From Sulfurimonadaceae bacterium (GTDB lineage Bacteria; Campylobacterota; Campylobacteria; Campylobacterales; Sulfurimonadaceae), in assembly GCA_041548245.1 (NCBI GenBank), contig JBFESZ010000042.1:1-16621 (forward strand): 16,621 nt of DNA, written 5' to 3'. The position numbers were made by a program, and so were the translations under genes. Every line of letters begins with the position of its first letter. The first letter of the stretch is position 1. Under the pieces are notes generated by a model. It was not told the origin of the DNA, ran no database searches, and saw nothing but the letters and a program-made list of their open reading frames with translations. Positions 16,263-16,621 of this stretch are shown in pieces.

Positions 16263-16541
16263 ATGATTTATACATATAAAAATGAAGAATATGATTTGAG
16301 TAAGGTTACTCGTCTTTATCCGGCAGCAACCATCGCAGTCCCGGGTGGAGAAACGGCTCAAGTCTCTCTTGAATGGGCCGATCTGAAAAAAGATAAGATC
16401 GATATTGCTTATTTTGTCCTAGTGTTTGATTTTGATCCGGTAGGAGAAGTCCCGACAAATCGAAAAGAACTCAAATGCGATAGTAAAGAGGAACTTTTTT
16501 CGGTCATGCAAGAGGTAAATGTTTATTTTAGCAAGATATAG
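16263..16541 (+). CDS. Hypothetical soluble protein, 92 aa
   Basis: Clean ORF with its own promoter, acidic alpha/beta composition, no TM segment or signal peptide. Confidence 0.75.
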   Translation: MIYTYKNEEYDLSKVTRLYPAATIAVPGGETAQVSLEWADLKKDKIDIAYFVLVFDFDPVGEVPTNRKELKCDSKEELFSVMQEVNVYFSKI

Positions 16542-16621
16542 ACTTTGTGTATGAGATCTAACAGCTCACTTTCAAAGATCCTTTCGATCTCAATTCCTGC
16601 AGCTTTAAAAAATCTATTAGA
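16523..16621 (-). CDS. Possible 3' end of a convergent gene entering from the right edge
   Basis: Open frame from the window end, ...SNRFFKAAGIEIERIFESELLDLIHKVYILLK*, with TAA at 16525-16523. It is protein-like and loosely resembles class I methyltransferase C-termini, but only 32 codons are visible. Confidence 0.4.
   Translation of the reverse strand, partial: SNRFFKAAGIEIERIFESELLDLIHKVYILLK

Noticed and set aside
1-16621. tRNA/rRNA, CRISPR arrays, IS elements, or enrichment of DNA-uptake/methylation motifs (RAATTY, GATC)
   Set aside because: Intergenic spaces are all under about 140 nt with no repeats or cloverleafs, and there is no transposase or integrase. Motif enrichment cannot be judged by eye and would need an observed/expected k-mer count against a Markov background.

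Overview
AT-rich chromosomal window with the gene content and promoter style of Campylobacterota (Epsilonproteobacteria); a free-living Sulfurimonas/Sulfuricurvum-like organism is plausible, but that is inference. The minus strand carries, in transcription order: (i) a sigma28-driven flaG-fliD-fliS-fliT-like flagellar operon; (ii) argG; (iii) a ferredoxin:thioredoxin reductase catalytic domain fused to a rhodanese domain; (iv) a tightly packed run rplI-hslV-hslU-era-csd6/pgp2-like-csd4/pgp1-like-pilMN(GspL-like) fusion-pilO-mshK/ctsR-like that runs off the left edge. The plus strand carries an MFS transporter, a small 3-TM protein, an APC permease, pcm and a probably leaderless 92-aa hypothetical. 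I found no RNA genes, mobile elements or CRISPR arrays. The best candidates for an undescribed system are the FTR-rhodanese fusion and the two sequential peptidoglycan-trimming carboxypeptidases that abut each other and overlap the start of a type IV pilus/competence assembly module. Family assignments and gene orders from other genomes are from recognition and memory, not database searches.
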